DNA of 59,205 nucleotides from a virus (taxonomy: Duplodnaviria; Caudoviricetes), in IMG/VR virus record IMGVR_UViG_3300032242_000711, positions 1 to 59,205 of that record. The stretch is one strand, 5' to 3'. Positions within the stretch are counted from its first letter, which is position 1. Each line of letters opens with the position of its first letter. The translations under genes were made by a program, and so were the position numbers. The notes under the pieces are model-generated. The model saw only the letters and a program-made list of their open reading frames with translations, did no database searches and was not told the origin of the DNA. Positions 45,820 to 55,910 of the stretch are shown piece after piece.

Positions 45820-47514
45820 TTAAGGCACCATTTTATATCCCGCATACGGGTTTTGTGTAAGTTGCCCTGCGCCCCCTGCATTACCTGTAAGGTAACGATT
45901 AACGTGCTTACCTATTTCATTTTCGTATGCGTTTTGGAATCTTGCGTCAAAAGTTTTGTCCGCCCCGGGAGCAGGGGTTTTTGAAAGATTAAGTTGTTTA
46001 GCAAGCGTGGTGCGCAACTCATTAGGGTCTACACGCTTTTCAGCTTCCATACGCAACCGCGCTATTTCATACTGTTTTAAGCCATCTTTGTTCATTGCAC
46101 CTAAAGCATGCCCAGCAAGTGAATATTTACCGGCAATCTCATGGCCAGCAAGTTGATACTGCCCCGCCAGATTAGTCCTGTCGAGGTCCGCCTGCGTGGT
46201 GTACCGAGTCTTTGTCATATCGTAAGCCTGCGCACGGTCGATACCATATGCTTTTGACAGCGCTTCAGTGACGTGCATATCACGGGCATCTTTACGATCA
46301 CTTGATTTTTGGATGTACTCAATGGCTTTATCGCGGTCACCAACAGCTTCCGCACGGCGTGCCTGCTCAATAAGCGACATCTCTTTGCGGTTTTCTTTCT
46401 CCGCTTTCTTGATATCTTTGGCAGCAGCTTGGTAGTCTTCCAACCCAGCCATCGCACCCGCGCCAATATTTACAAGGCCGTGCTGTGAAGTGCCAGCCAT
46501 CATGGCCAAGCCTGCTTTAAAAATAGCCATAGCTTTGGCATCTGCTTTATCAGCACCAAATGTTTTAGCTTCGTCTTCCAAAGTCTTTTGGTAGCCTTCG
46601 TATGCTTGGCCTTTGACACCTTTACGGGCTTCAGCAATAGCATCTTCAGCCAATTTATCTCGTGCGGCGGCGCGTTCGGTATACCCATCAGCACCTTCGT
46701 AACCGCCCAGCATCTCCATCGTTTGCGCAGTCATGCTCTTACCGGCTGGAGGAGTAAATTCATTTTGTGGTTTTATACCCATGCCCGGGAAGCGACCCGA
46801 AGCGCTTTGCCCGCCAATACCAAGACCACCTAACAACTGCTTAATGCCGTCTGCCACAGGGGGTTTGTTGTCCGCTGCTGGCGCAGGTGCAGGTGCCGCA
46901 GTTGCTGCTGGAGTTGCGGTAGAAGTTTCAGTTGGGGCAGCTGCCGTAGTTGGAGATAATATTCCCGGCTTAACAAAAGGATTTGTTGGCAACAATTGCC
47001 CACGTTGCGACAACAAACTTTGACGTTCCGCTTCACGTGCTTGAGCATTTTGTGCTTGTTGCTGGGCCTGCCGAGCGGCATCCGCCTGCAATACACGGCG
47101 CTTAAAATCATCAAACGACTCATTGGGGTCGCGCTGTACCAATGGGTTTACACCAAGAATTCCTTGACTCTGCGGTGTGCTAGGCATATTAAGGCTAACA
47201 GGCTGGTTTGGATTATCCCCAAACGCCACAATGCCGCCACCTGCATACTCTTGCGGCAAGTTAGAGGCAAGCGCAGACACCCCAGAAGGGCGGCGGTCAA
47301 GTTGCGCGGCTTGCGCCAATACTTCTTCTGCAATCGGAGGCTGGTTGGGCTGTTGCCCCATACCCATAGCTTGTGCCTGCTTTTGTTTTTGTATCTTGTC
47401 TTGGATAAGCGGGACACCGATATACGCAGGGATAGTGCCGTCTTGCACGCCCTGAGTAAGCTCTTGGACCGAATACTTCTGAGGGCTGCTTAAAATTTTC
47501 TGGGCTATGCTCAT
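45820..47514 (-). CDS. internal virion/ejection protein
   Basis: 564 aa, Ala/Gln-rich, YAGGGIVAF motif; position before the giant gene. Confidence 0.6.
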   Translation of the reverse strand: MSIAQKILSSPQKYSVQELTQGVQDGTIPAYIGVPLIQDKIQKQKQAQAMGMGQQPNQPPIAEEVLAQAAQLDRRPSGVSALASNLPQEYAGGGIVAFGDNPNQPVSLNMPSTPQSQGILGVNPLVQRDPNESFDDFKRRVLQADAARQAQQQAQNAQAREAERQSLLSQRGQLLPTNPFVKPGILSPTTAAAPTETSTATPAATAAPAPAPAADNKPPVADGIKQLLGGLGIGGQSASGRFPGMGIKPQNEFTPPAGKSMTAQTMEMLGGYEGADGYTERAAARDKLAEDAIAEARKGVKGQAYEGYQKTLEDEAKTFGADKADAKAMAIFKAGLAMMAGTSQHGLVNIGAGAMAGLEDYQAAAKDIKKAEKENRKEMSLIEQARRAEAVGDRDKAIEYIQKSSDRKDARDMHVTEALSKAYGIDRAQAYDMTKTRYTTQADLDRTNLAGQYQLAGHEIAGKYSLAGHALGAMNKDGLKQYEIARLRMEAEKRVDPNELRTTLAKQLNLSKTPAPGADKTFDARFQNAYENEIGKHVNRYLTGNAGGAGQLTQNPYAGYKMVP

Positions 47515-47516
47515 GA

Positions 47517-49406
47517 TTAACCTCTTGTTGCGTTGTACAGACCCAAGGTATCTAAACCGCTTACTCGCGTAGTTTTAAAGTCTTTGGGCAGGCCACCAGA
47601 CGCGCCTTTGGCCAGTTGACTTAGACCATACCCAGCAGTGCCCAGACCCGCCAGTTGCGATGATAACGCTGGCGCTGCCTGATACGTTGTAGAAGTTTGA
47701 CCCGGAATAGCATACCCACGCAAAATCGCGTTGTACGCGTTGTATTGTTGCAGCGGATAATTCTGCGCTTGTGCGTAGTTGTTGATGGCGTTGTTGATGA
47801 TGTCTTGTTGAGCTTGTTGCTGCTGTGCGCCAACTTGGTTCTGCAACCCGATGATGCCTGTCTGAGCAGCCAACTGCTGCTGGCCCAGATTACCCAGATT
47901 ACTGGCGGCTGTATTACCCAGCCCATAACCCGACTGCGCAGCGCCCACACCCTGAAGACCCACGCCAGCACCTTGCATACCTTGCGCTGTGCCCTGAAGA
48001 CCTAAACCTGCACCTTGCAGTGCATACTGACCCGCATTGGTAGCTTGACCAACACCTTGCAGACCAACCCCAGCACCTTGCATACCCTGCGCCGTACCAG
48101 CCAACTGAGTATTGACAGCTTGCAAGCCTGTGTTGACGCCTTGCAAGCCTTGTGCTTGTCCGGCCAATTGAGTGTTGACACCTTGCACGCCCGCATTTAC
48201 ACCTTGCAATCCAGTTCCATAAAACTGATTGGCAGCATTAAGCCCACTGATGCCAGCCTGTTGCCCTTGCATGGCTGTACCGATGCCAGACAAACCCAGT
48301 TGACCGCCTTGCAGTGCGGTACCCAGACCTTGCTGAGCGCCTTGCAAACCTTGCAGATTAAGGTTTGAGCCATACTGCATATTTTGTATGGCGTTGTTGT
48401 ATGCAGTATTCAAGCCTGTGGCTTGGTTGGTGTTCATCAAAGACTGCAAAGCGCGATTGGCTTCTGCGTTTTCAATGGCCTGACGAGAGCCACCAAAGGC
48501 TCCAGCTTTAGCTGCGTTCGCACCGCGCTGGGTGCTTGCAATATCCGCTTGTCGTTGAGCCGCTTGGTTTTGGACGTCAATTACATTTTGAGCATACGGG
48601 TTCATATACTGCTGAACCGCATACGGATTGGTAATTTGGTTGGCGTAATTTGCCCCAGCGTTTGCGGCTTGCGCAGCGTAGTTTTGCGCTTGATTACCTA
48701 CATTTTGGCCATAGTATTGGGCATTCAAACCCATTTGACCAATGTCCGCAGCATTTTGCCCATACATTTGAGCAGCGGGAGCCAAACCAGCTGCTTGCTG
48801 GCCATAATACGCGGCTTGGTTAACTAGATTGCCGCCTTGATCTTCTCCAATTTGGCGACCCCTGCTTCCATAAAACAAGGCTTGATCTTTTAAATTCTGT
48901 CCTTGGCTTACAGCAAGGTTTTGTCCTGTAAGTCCAGATTGCTGGCCTTGGCCACCATAGCCGTATGCAGCATTTTGCAATGCGTTGGCATCTTGTGCGG
49001 ACTGTTGGGCGGCGTATTGGCCTTGAGCCAGACCCTGCATACCAGCGTTGTAACCCGCAGTACCGAACCCATAAGCCTGATCCGCAGACTGCATGCCACC
49101 TACACCTGCTGCGCCAGCAAGTTGGGACGCTTGGCCATACTGGCCGGGCACTTGTAAGTTAGCGGCGTTGACTTGAGCTTGTGTTTGAAGAGGGCTGAAA
49201 CCCGCTACATAATCTGCTGGATTGGCACTGTAAGGAACAAAAGGGGCAACCCCATTGATGTCAAACTGGCCTGTTTCTGCGTTGGGCTTGACATTAAAAA
49301 TTTGCTGCGTAGCACCGCCGATCAAACTTGTAACCTGTGGCTTGAGCCATTCAGGAATGTTTGACGTTACGGTTGTTGATTGTGTTGGGCCGCCTCCACC
49401 GCTCAT
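47517..49406 (-). CDS. Gly/Gln/Ala-rich DNA pilot/ejection protein
   Basis: MSGGGG start, YMNPY...V, GAFGGSR, heptad GLQGV repeats. Confidence 0.65.
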   Translation of the reverse strand: MSGGGGPTQSTTVTSNIPEWLKPQVTSLIGGATQQIFNVKPNAETGQFDINGVAPFVPYSANPADYVAGFSPLQTQAQVNAANLQVPGQYGQASQLAGAAGVGGMQSADQAYGFGTAGYNAGMQGLAQGQYAAQQSAQDANALQNAAYGYGGQGQQSGLTGQNLAVSQGQNLKDQALFYGSRGRQIGEDQGGNLVNQAAYYGQQAAGLAPAAQMYGQNAADIGQMGLNAQYYGQNVGNQAQNYAAQAANAGANYANQITNPYAVQQYMNPYAQNVIDVQNQAAQRQADIASTQRGANAAKAGAFGGSRQAIENAEANRALQSLMNTNQATGLNTAYNNAIQNMQYGSNLNLQGLQGAQQGLGTALQGGQLGLSGIGTAMQGQQAGISGLNAANQFYGTGLQGVNAGVQGVNTQLAGQAQGLQGVNTGLQAVNTQLAGTAQGMQGAGVGLQGVGQATNAGQYALQGAGLGLQGTAQGMQGAGVGLQGVGAAQSGYGLGNTAASNLGNLGQQQLAAQTGIIGLQNQVGAQQQQAQQDIINNAINNYAQAQNYPLQQYNAYNAILRGYAIPGQTSTTYQAAPALSSQLAGLGTAGYGLSQLAKGASGGLPKDFKTTRVSGLDTLGLYNATRG

Positions 49407-49834
49407 AGTAGTACCTCGACTAAAGTATTTCTGGGTTCAAAGTTGTAACGCTTCCAAAGGCGCACAATGGACGGACGTCCGTATCCTTGTATTTTCGTCG
49501 CGCCACGCTGTTTCAGCAAGTCTTTTAACTGCGCCATCGTGTCTTCGCTGGAAATCAGTTTACCCCCAATTGCAGTTACAAACGCCACACGGTGCAGGGG
49601 GTAGTTGATAAATGATACGGTGCAGCAGCCGTGGATGACATTTTCCTCATCAATCGCCACCAAAAGCAGCCATTGCCCGCTGGTCAGGAACAGCTGAATA
49701 TGGTCAACCGTATAGCCAGCCGCCCAGTCAGGGAAATCCCCGCCCTTTTCCATCGCTTCCGCGATATAGGGCTGCACCATTGGCCACGTCTGGCTGACGT
49801 AGTTGGTGTCTACGTGTCGGACACTGAGGTTCAT
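49403..49834 (-). CDS. GNAT-like protein of the internal-protein module
   Basis: LLV.....IHG......YP..R.AFV..IGG...G...I....R....RLW..Y.F. Confidence 0.5.
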   Translation of the reverse strand: MNLSVRHVDTNYVSQTWPMVQPYIAEAMEKGGDFPDWAAGYTVDHIQLFLTSGQWLLLVAIDEENVIHGCCTVSFINYPLHRVAFVTAIGGKLISSEDTMAQLKDLLKQRGATKIQGYGRPSIVRLWKRYNFEPRNTLVEVLL

Positions 49835-51525
49835 CGGCGGCGCAGTAAAGAGGCAATCCCACCACGCGCCATATTGTTTGCGGAAGAATCAGAACTTGTT
49901 GCTTGTGCAGACGGAGTAGAAGCCGCAGCTTGCGCTGCATTGTAATTGGCAATAGATGTATCCATAATGCTTTGCGCATCAGTCAATGGCATGCTGGACA
50001 GTACTTGCTTTTCTGTATCAGTCAAAGGACGGCCATACGTTTGCATGGCGTATGCATCTAAAGGTGAAGTTGTAGGAGCGTTCGTGTCCGTAAACGGATT
50101 GGTTAGATCGGGAATAATTCCTAAAGCGCCGCTGCGAGTAATTGTTTCTGGCGCACCTATGTCTGGTCGTGGTGTTGAAGTAGGTGTTGGATTAGGAGAT
50201 GGGCCGGGGCCAGCCACAAGACCCGCCGCTGCACTAGCTGCCGCCGCTTGTTTGTTCCATGCTGCTGGGTCAGTGGAGCGCAAAAGCCAAGACTGTAAAT
50301 TGTCGCCAGTTAATCCTGTTTGAGCAGAGAACTGGGCTGCATACGCAGGGTCTGTCATAACCTTTTGGGCGGTTGTATAGGCTTCTTTGTTTGTGCCTTG
50401 ATACTTTTGCCAATTAGGGTCTTGCCAAGGCGCTATGTTAGCGCCCGGAGGACTGCTGGCCCCAGAAGAGCTAATAAGGTTAGCGCGGTCATTTGCCCTT
50501 GAATTTTGAGAAGACGCAATTGAAAGCACTTTGGGGTCAGTGTACGGATCAGTAACGCCCTGATCTTTAATAACTTCTGCGTTAGTTTTTCCAGTCATGG
50601 TGGGCTGCGCCAACCACCAAGTAATAAACGCTTTATTATCAGCGGCTGATGGCGTGTAGTTTGATGTGGCTGGGGTATTTGTATTTGTTGATGTATTATT
50701 TCCACCAGTAGTAAATCCGCCGGATGGACCCGGCCCTGTAACAAACCCATTTGTTGGCGTCCCTGCTGTTGGCCCCACAACAGGCCCGGGAGTAAACCCT
50801 GTTGCCGTAGCTCTAGGTGGATTGGAAGTCGAAGTCGAAGTCTGAGTTGGCGGGGATATTCGAGTTGCTGTTGGGCTTCCGTTTATGTACGCTTGCATCG
50901 CTGCAATCAGCGCATCAATCCCAGTAGGCGTGCCTGTTTGTGTTCCTGTCTGCGTACCTGTTAGCGCAGGAAACATACCGCCGGGTCCAAATATGGGTGT
51001 AGTCCCACCAGTTTGAGTTCCGCCAGTCTGAGCACCGGGAGTTTGAGTGCCATAACTGCCATAGCCACCATAGCCCATACCACTGCTGGCACTGATGTTG
51101 CCGCCCCTGTATGTGAAGGGATTGTACATGCCGCCCATGCCACCTTGACTGCCATAGCTGACACCGGGTGGAGCATAAGAGAACGGGTTCTGCAAATACT
51201 GAACGCCCTTGCCATATTGGCTGGCACCGTAGGGGGTGTCTACGTTGTAGTTCTGGTACGACTGCTGCTGGATGGGCTGGTAGTATTGAGGAGCAGATTC
51301 AAATTGCTGGTTTCCATTTTTATCATACGTAGCATTCCCTTTTTCATCAAGGATTGGCTTGTTGTAATCAAAAAAACTTGGCCGATACCCACTAGGCGGC
51401 GTTTCCATAGAGGCATTAAATGACGGATATAAATGGCTATACCCCAAGGAATTTTGAACTTGGTCCAAAGGAACAAGTCTTCCATCTACGTTATAACCCA
51501 AAGGCCCAGAATTTGTAGTAGCCAT
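49831..51525 (-). CDS. low-complexity putative internal virion protein
   Basis: 564 aa, T/P/G-rich, ends MARGGIASLLRRR; AAGGA RBS. Confidence 0.6.
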   Translation of the reverse strand: MATTNSGPLGYNVDGRLVPLDQVQNSLGYSHLYPSFNASMETPPSGYRPSFFDYNKPILDEKGNATYDKNGNQQFESAPQYYQPIQQQSYQNYNVDTPYGASQYGKGVQYLQNPFSYAPPGVSYGSQGGMGGMYNPFTYRGGNISASSGMGYGGYGSYGTQTPGAQTGGTQTGGTTPIFGPGGMFPALTGTQTGTQTGTPTGIDALIAAMQAYINGSPTATRISPPTQTSTSTSNPPRATATGFTPGPVVGPTAGTPTNGFVTGPGPSGGFTTGGNNTSTNTNTPATSNYTPSAADNKAFITWWLAQPTMTGKTNAEVIKDQGVTDPYTDPKVLSIASSQNSRANDRANLISSSGASSPPGANIAPWQDPNWQKYQGTNKEAYTTAQKVMTDPAYAAQFSAQTGLTGDNLQSWLLRSTDPAAWNKQAAAASAAAGLVAGPGPSPNPTPTSTPRPDIGAPETITRSGALGIIPDLTNPFTDTNAPTTSPLDAYAMQTYGRPLTDTEKQVLSSMPLTDAQSIMDTSIANYNAAQAAASTPSAQATSSDSSANNMARGGIASLLRRR

Positions 51526-51534
51526 GTTTTTTCC

Positions 51535-52581
51535 TTAAGCGGGCATGTACTTGCCGGGGTTAATCTCGCGGCCTTGAGACTTGCGGCCAGTGCGTGCTTG
51601 ACGAACTTTGTCCATCATGTGGTACAGCTGATTCGCACCTGCGTCTGTGGAACCATTACCAAGATGGGAGACCACATCGGCTGGAACAACAAATTCACCT
51701 TGGGCCAAACGAGCAGGGCGCTTACCAGCAATGCTGGCAGGGATGCTGTCAGACATACCATCGCCCGGACCTTCAAGCATACGACCACCATCAGAGTAGC
51801 TGCCCAGATCAGAAATGCCGCCGCTTGCCATATAGCTCACAGGGAATGAACCAGCTTCCCATGAGGACGGGTTGCTCTCGCCTTGAGCAGCGGGATTGTC
51901 ATTACCTACCACCATGTTATTGCCGCCCAAAGAAGTAATGCCGCCACCCGCATAAGGGCGTGAAGGCATGAAAGTGGCAGGGTCGTAGTGAAACTTCTTT
52001 AGCGGATTGTTTGTATCCTCACCGGGGAAATGCGGCATGTAACGCGCACCCGTAGCGCCAGCCAGTGCAGCACTACCCATCATCATCTTGTGGCCGCTCA
52101 TGTACCCAAGTGGGTCATTCATAGCTTGTTGGAAGCTAGAAACTGGCTGTGTTGGTAGATTTGCCGGGTTAAACCCGCCTGTATCAATAGAAGACATTGC
52201 CTGACCCGGCGCTGGTAAATTTGCCGGATTAAACCCACCTGCATCAATAGCTGACATTGCATTGCCAGTAGGCAAAGCGCCAATTCCCGCAGTTTGTGTG
52301 GCGGTTTGGGCAGCGGTTTGAGCGGCAGCGGTTTGAGCAGCGGCGGTTTGAGCAGCAGCTTGTGCGGCAGCATCACCTACACCAGAAACAACACCCGGTG
52401 TAGCACCGGAGACAGCGCCCGGCATAGCACCAGACATCATGCCGCCAAGGCCAGCACCAATACCGCCTGTTATGCCACCAAGCAAAGCGCCTTTGAGGGG
52501 ATCCCCGCCCGTAATAGCAGCAGAGCCACCACCCATAGCTGCGCTAAGCAGCATTGCTTCACCGATTCCAGCGTCTGCCAT
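51535..52581 (-). CDS. putative internal virion protein with GPG.G.SDSIPA...GEFV domain
   Basis: Glycine-zipper N-terminus, AAAQT repeats, three xxGG motifs. Confidence 0.65.
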   Translation of the reverse strand: MADAGIGEAMLLSAAMGGGSAAITGGDPLKGALLGGITGGIGAGLGGMMSGAMPGAVSGATPGVVSGVGDAAAQAAAQTAAAQTAAAQTAAQTATQTAGIGALPTGNAMSAIDAGGFNPANLPAPGQAMSSIDTGGFNPANLPTQPVSSFQQAMNDPLGYMSGHKMMMGSAALAGATGARYMPHFPGEDTNNPLKKFHYDPATFMPSRPYAGGGITSLGGNNMVVGNDNPAAQGESNPSSWEAGSFPVSYMASGGISDLGSYSDGGRMLEGPGDGMSDSIPASIAGKRPARLAQGEFVVPADVVSHLGNGSTDAGANQLYHMMDKVRQARTGRKSQGREINPGKYMPA

Positions 52582-52596
52582 AACAGGCTCCTTGTA

Positions 52597-52905
52597 TCAA
52601 ACTTTGATTTTAAGCACTTTGGTGGTGCTATCGTAATAAACCGAACCTACCCGTAGGTTAGCGTAATCTGCATCAGTGGGCAAGCTCACTTGAAACGTAT
52701 TTGGCGTTGCTGGGTTAGGCTCAATAAAGCTCAAACCAGAAATTACATGCGTCCCATTCCGCTGTGTAGCGCCCGACATTGGCCCAGCGTTACTGATCTG
52801 ATTGAAAAACAAACGCAAAGCATTTGTTAGTTTGTCAAAATACTGCTGATCATATGTGCTCGGTGGCAACGGCAGGTTGGGTGGGGTGACGTTATTCTGT
52901 GCCAT
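52597..52905 (-). CDS. small tail-module protein
   Basis: PNLPLPP..Y......L.N.LRLFFNQI; coupled to the nozzle gene. Confidence 0.6.
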   Translation of the reverse strand: MAQNNVTPPNLPLPPSTYDQQYFDKLTNALRLFFNQISNAGPMSGATQRNGTHVISGLSFIEPNPATPNTFQVSLPTDADYANLRVGSVYYDSTTKVLKIKV

Positions 52906-54767
52906 TATCTACGTCCATCCTGACGGATATCAATACGTGGTGCACCCAACTGCCAAGATGTATTGATCTGGTTGGAACTGATCTTGAAGATCATCTGCCG
53001 CCCACGGAACCGTGTGTAAATCTGCCCCGTAAACTCTTCGGTGATGTAGTACGCATTACCCTTGACCACTGGCTGGCTTGCATCGCTGGTCACCCCAGAG
53101 CCTGAGTTAGCCAGTCCATACAGTTCCATCTTGACCGTAGGAGGAGTGCCATCAGGCGCGGCAGTGGAGTTATCAAACGTCAAGTCAGGCAGCATGCGCC
53201 ACACAAACGCAAAGTTGTGGCCGTCACCAATATCAAATTCAGACGATGAGATGAACGCAGAAATGGCTTTAGTGGTTCCGTTCTCCACATCGTTCATACC
53301 CGTTTCTTGGTTGACGATGTTTTGCGAATAGGTAGCAGCAATCGGGTTAGGCAATAAGCCAGTATCCAGCCATGCAGTGCGGCCCATCGTGCCGTAGTAC
53401 CACGTGTTTTCAAGGTAGTTGTACACGACATACTTATCCACAACCGTAGAGTTTGCCGAGCAATAGAACCACCAGACTTCGTTGAAACTCTCAACAGTGC
53501 CTGAGAACACCTGCTGGGCTTGCAGCAAATTCAAGTCACTGAATACGTAGCGGCGCAGATCGCAGTTGAGCGTTTGCACACGGCCATCGTATTTGTAGAA
53601 CTTCTCAGTCCCCATCCAGTACACAATACCGGAAGCCAACGACACGGCGTTTGGCCCCATGACGGAAATGTTGTCACCCAAGAGTTGGCTGCCCCACACA
53701 TAAGGTGGGCCAAGGTATTGCAGCGAATACACGGCTTGGTCGGTCAGCACCACAATTTCCTGACGGGTCTGAATGGCCGTGATGATCTGTGAGCCGTGAG
53801 ACAGACGAATACTGCCCGCTTGGTTGGTGGCTGCTGGCGTCCAGACGTTGGGGTTTTCTTGGTCTGACCAGCGGATCAGCATGGGGTCAAGAGTGCTCGT
53901 CCCGTAATCGTTTGTGCCAAACACAATCACAAACCGCGAGGTATCAGACACAATGATGTAGTTCTGAAAGAGCGGTGTATCCGCATCGCCTGTAGTGGTC
54001 AGGTTAACCCCGCGAGTAGTCACGCCAGCATTGGCAGACCAGTAATAGATACCCGCACCGCGAGGCCCATACACAAGGTCTTGGCCAAAGTTGTACTGGT
54101 TCCAAAGCTGCAAAGAGTTGATGGACGTGCCGCCCACACCCCAAGTGCCCTGACCCCATTTGCCGCCACCCCATCCTACCAAAGGCACTTCGGCGGCTGG
54201 GCCAGTGTTGATCTGATATTTGGCAGTGACTGTGCCACCACCGGGAGAGCCTGAAACGTCCGCAGCGGTAGCTGTAACTGAGACTTTGATGGTGTAGCTA
54301 TTGGTGTCTACTACCGTAATTTGGTACTCGGCATTAAGCACAGTACTGGTAACGTTACCACCTAGACCCGTAGCGCCAGTGAATGTAACAAAGTCGCCCG
54401 TAATCCCGCCGTGTGCCGCAGAAGTAACGGTAATAACAGAAGAGCCAAGAGTCGCAACAAACGGGTTGGTCAGTGTGCGTGTTGTACGAATAGGCGTGAT
54501 GTCGTAGTAAGCACCGCCTTGGTTGATATAGAACTTGAGGTTTGTGCCGACCCCAATCAGGTTTTGACCACCCAGAGTGATCCAGTTCCACAACGAACGG
54601 CAAATGCCTAGAAACGTATACCCGCTAAATGGAACCCAGCCCCCAATAACTTCGGGATTGCCTTGGCGAAAACGAACTTTGTCGCATTCATACCAGCCGC
54701 CCTCAGTGGTATAGCGTGTGTTTTCCCGGTTTACACCCGGCTTTAGCAGGATTTTTTGTAACGGCAC
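52905..54767 (-). CDS. tail nozzle/stabilization protein (P22 gp10-like)
   Basis: 620 aa, beta-propeller-like (IRWSDQE..W; YWMG..FY.YDG; EVWWFY; W.LG..R.D...DGRR). Confidence 0.7.
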   Translation of the reverse strand: MPLQKILLKPGVNRENTRYTTEGGWYECDKVRFRQGNPEVIGGWVPFSGYTFLGICRSLWNWITLGGQNLIGVGTNLKFYINQGGAYYDITPIRTTRTLTNPFVATLGSSVITVTSAAHGGITGDFVTFTGATGLGGNVTSTVLNAEYQITVVDTNSYTIKVSVTATAADVSGSPGGGTVTAKYQINTGPAAEVPLVGWGGGKWGQGTWGVGGTSINSLQLWNQYNFGQDLVYGPRGAGIYYWSANAGVTTRGVNLTTTGDADTPLFQNYIIVSDTSRFVIVFGTNDYGTSTLDPMLIRWSDQENPNVWTPAATNQAGSIRLSHGSQIITAIQTRQEIVVLTDQAVYSLQYLGPPYVWGSQLLGDNISVMGPNAVSLASGIVYWMGTEKFYKYDGRVQTLNCDLRRYVFSDLNLLQAQQVFSGTVESFNEVWWFYCSANSTVVDKYVVYNYLENTWYYGTMGRTAWLDTGLLPNPIAATYSQNIVNQETGMNDVENGTTKAISAFISSSEFDIGDGHNFAFVWRMLPDLTFDNSTAAPDGTPPTVKMELYGLANSGSGVTSDASQPVVKGNAYYITEEFTGQIYTRFRGRQMIFKISSNQINTSWQLGAPRIDIRQDGRR

Positions 54768-54775
54768 GGGCTACC

Positions 54776-55288
54776 TCATGTGGTCATTGTCGATGCAACG
54801 CTGGTGACTTCTGAAACCCGTCGCGCCCAGCCTTTGCCAAATGTACCCCACGTAGGTAAGTCAGTCAAGAATGACAGGCGGCGCTTGCCGTAATCTTCGA
54901 CCAGTTGTTTGGGGTTCATGGCGTTGACCGCAGCCAGTGTTTTGGGGCCAATACCGCCGTCAGGCTCGACACCCACGCAGGCTTGCAACCACTTGGCCGC
55001 ACGGCCCGGGCCAGAGTTGATAGCGGCATCAAACACCACGTAGTCAACACCTGCTGGCAGGTCGTCACCCTTTACCTTGTCCCAGTACTTGTTTTTGTAC
55101 AGCGGGGCAACATCGGCAGGGGTCAGCGCACGCATGGCTTTCTCGTCCACTGGGTGACCGCAGTGCTCTTCCCAGACAGTTTTGGTACAGCCAAGGTTTG
55201 TCATTCCGCCCGGGTCTTGGGGGTGGTTGACAAACCCACCTTCGTGTACGAGAACGGCGGCAAGGGCTTTTTGGAAGTTGTCTTTCAT
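54776..55288 (-). CDS. endolysin, glycoside hydrolase family 108 with PG-binding domain
   Basis: HEGGFVNHPQDPGG.TN.G.T, FD.A.NSG, LQ...G...DG.IGPKT, FGKGW.RRV. Confidence 0.92.
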   Translation of the reverse strand: MKDNFQKALAAVLVHEGGFVNHPQDPGGMTNLGCTKTVWEEHCGHPVDEKAMRALTPADVAPLYKNKYWDKVKGDDLPAGVDYVVFDAAINSGPGRAAKWLQACVGVEPDGGIGPKTLAAVNAMNPKQLVEDYGKRRLSFLTDLPTWGTFGKGWARRVSEVTSVASTMTT

Positions 55289-55289
55289 G

Positions 55290-55751
55290 TCAGTGCTTGT
55301 GTGAGTTGCCAAAATAGTAGGACAGGATCAGCATGTTGGCGGCATCCAGCGAACCCAGCATACGAATCACAATCTCGCGCATGCCATCAGGAATGGCGTT
55401 GTTGAGCAGCAAAAGATTGACTGTGCCCCAGAGAATGAACATCCCAATGGCCAAGGTGGGGGTGACCATCTTGCTGTACCAAGGAGCCGCTGCGCTGGTG
55501 GCGATCTCCAACTCACGCTTACGTGCGCTGTCACGGTCAGCCGCATCCAGTCGGGCGTATTCCAACTCTAAGTCAGCCAGTTTCTGCGCCGCTTGTGGGT
55601 CACCGGAAATTGCCTTCGCAACAGCTTCCACAGAGTCTGAGACACCAAACTTAGCAGCGATAGCGGTAACAGCAGCGCCACCAAGAGGGCCAGCAACGGC
55701 AGTTGCCAGAGCAGGTGCAACGCCTTTAAGTAATCCGAGTAGTTCATCCAT
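55290..55751 (-). CDS. putative holin (3TM/GTA-holin-like)
   Basis: AP.LATA..GPLGG, D.DSAR.RE, two TM helices, YYFG.S; adjacent to the endolysin. Confidence 0.65.
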   Translation of the reverse strand: MDELLGLLKGVAPALATAVAGPLGGAAVTAIAAKFGVSDSVEAVAKAISGDPQAAQKLADLELEYARLDAADRDSARKRELEIATSAAAPWYSKMVTPTLAIGMFILWGTVNLLLLNNAIPDGMREIVIRMLGSLDAANMLILSYYFGNSHKH

Positions 55752-55760
55752 GATTTCTCC

Positions 55761-55910
55761 TTAAAAAGGTAAATAACTCAACGCCTTGTCCATCGCCCGC
55801 TTGGCAAGTGGTTCAGGCAGCACATACACAAAGTCCAAAAACCACCAGATGCAGGCAACGTAGCAGAACAGCTTGAACCACTTTTTGAAGCCTTCAACGA
55901 TTTCCTGCAT
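55761..55910 (-). CDS. 49-aa membrane protein
   Basis: MQEIVEGFKKWFKLFCYVACIWWFLDFVYVLP... Confidence 0.55.
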   Translation of the reverse strand: MQEIVEGFKKWFKLFCYVACIWWFLDFVYVLPEPLAKRAMDKALSYLPF

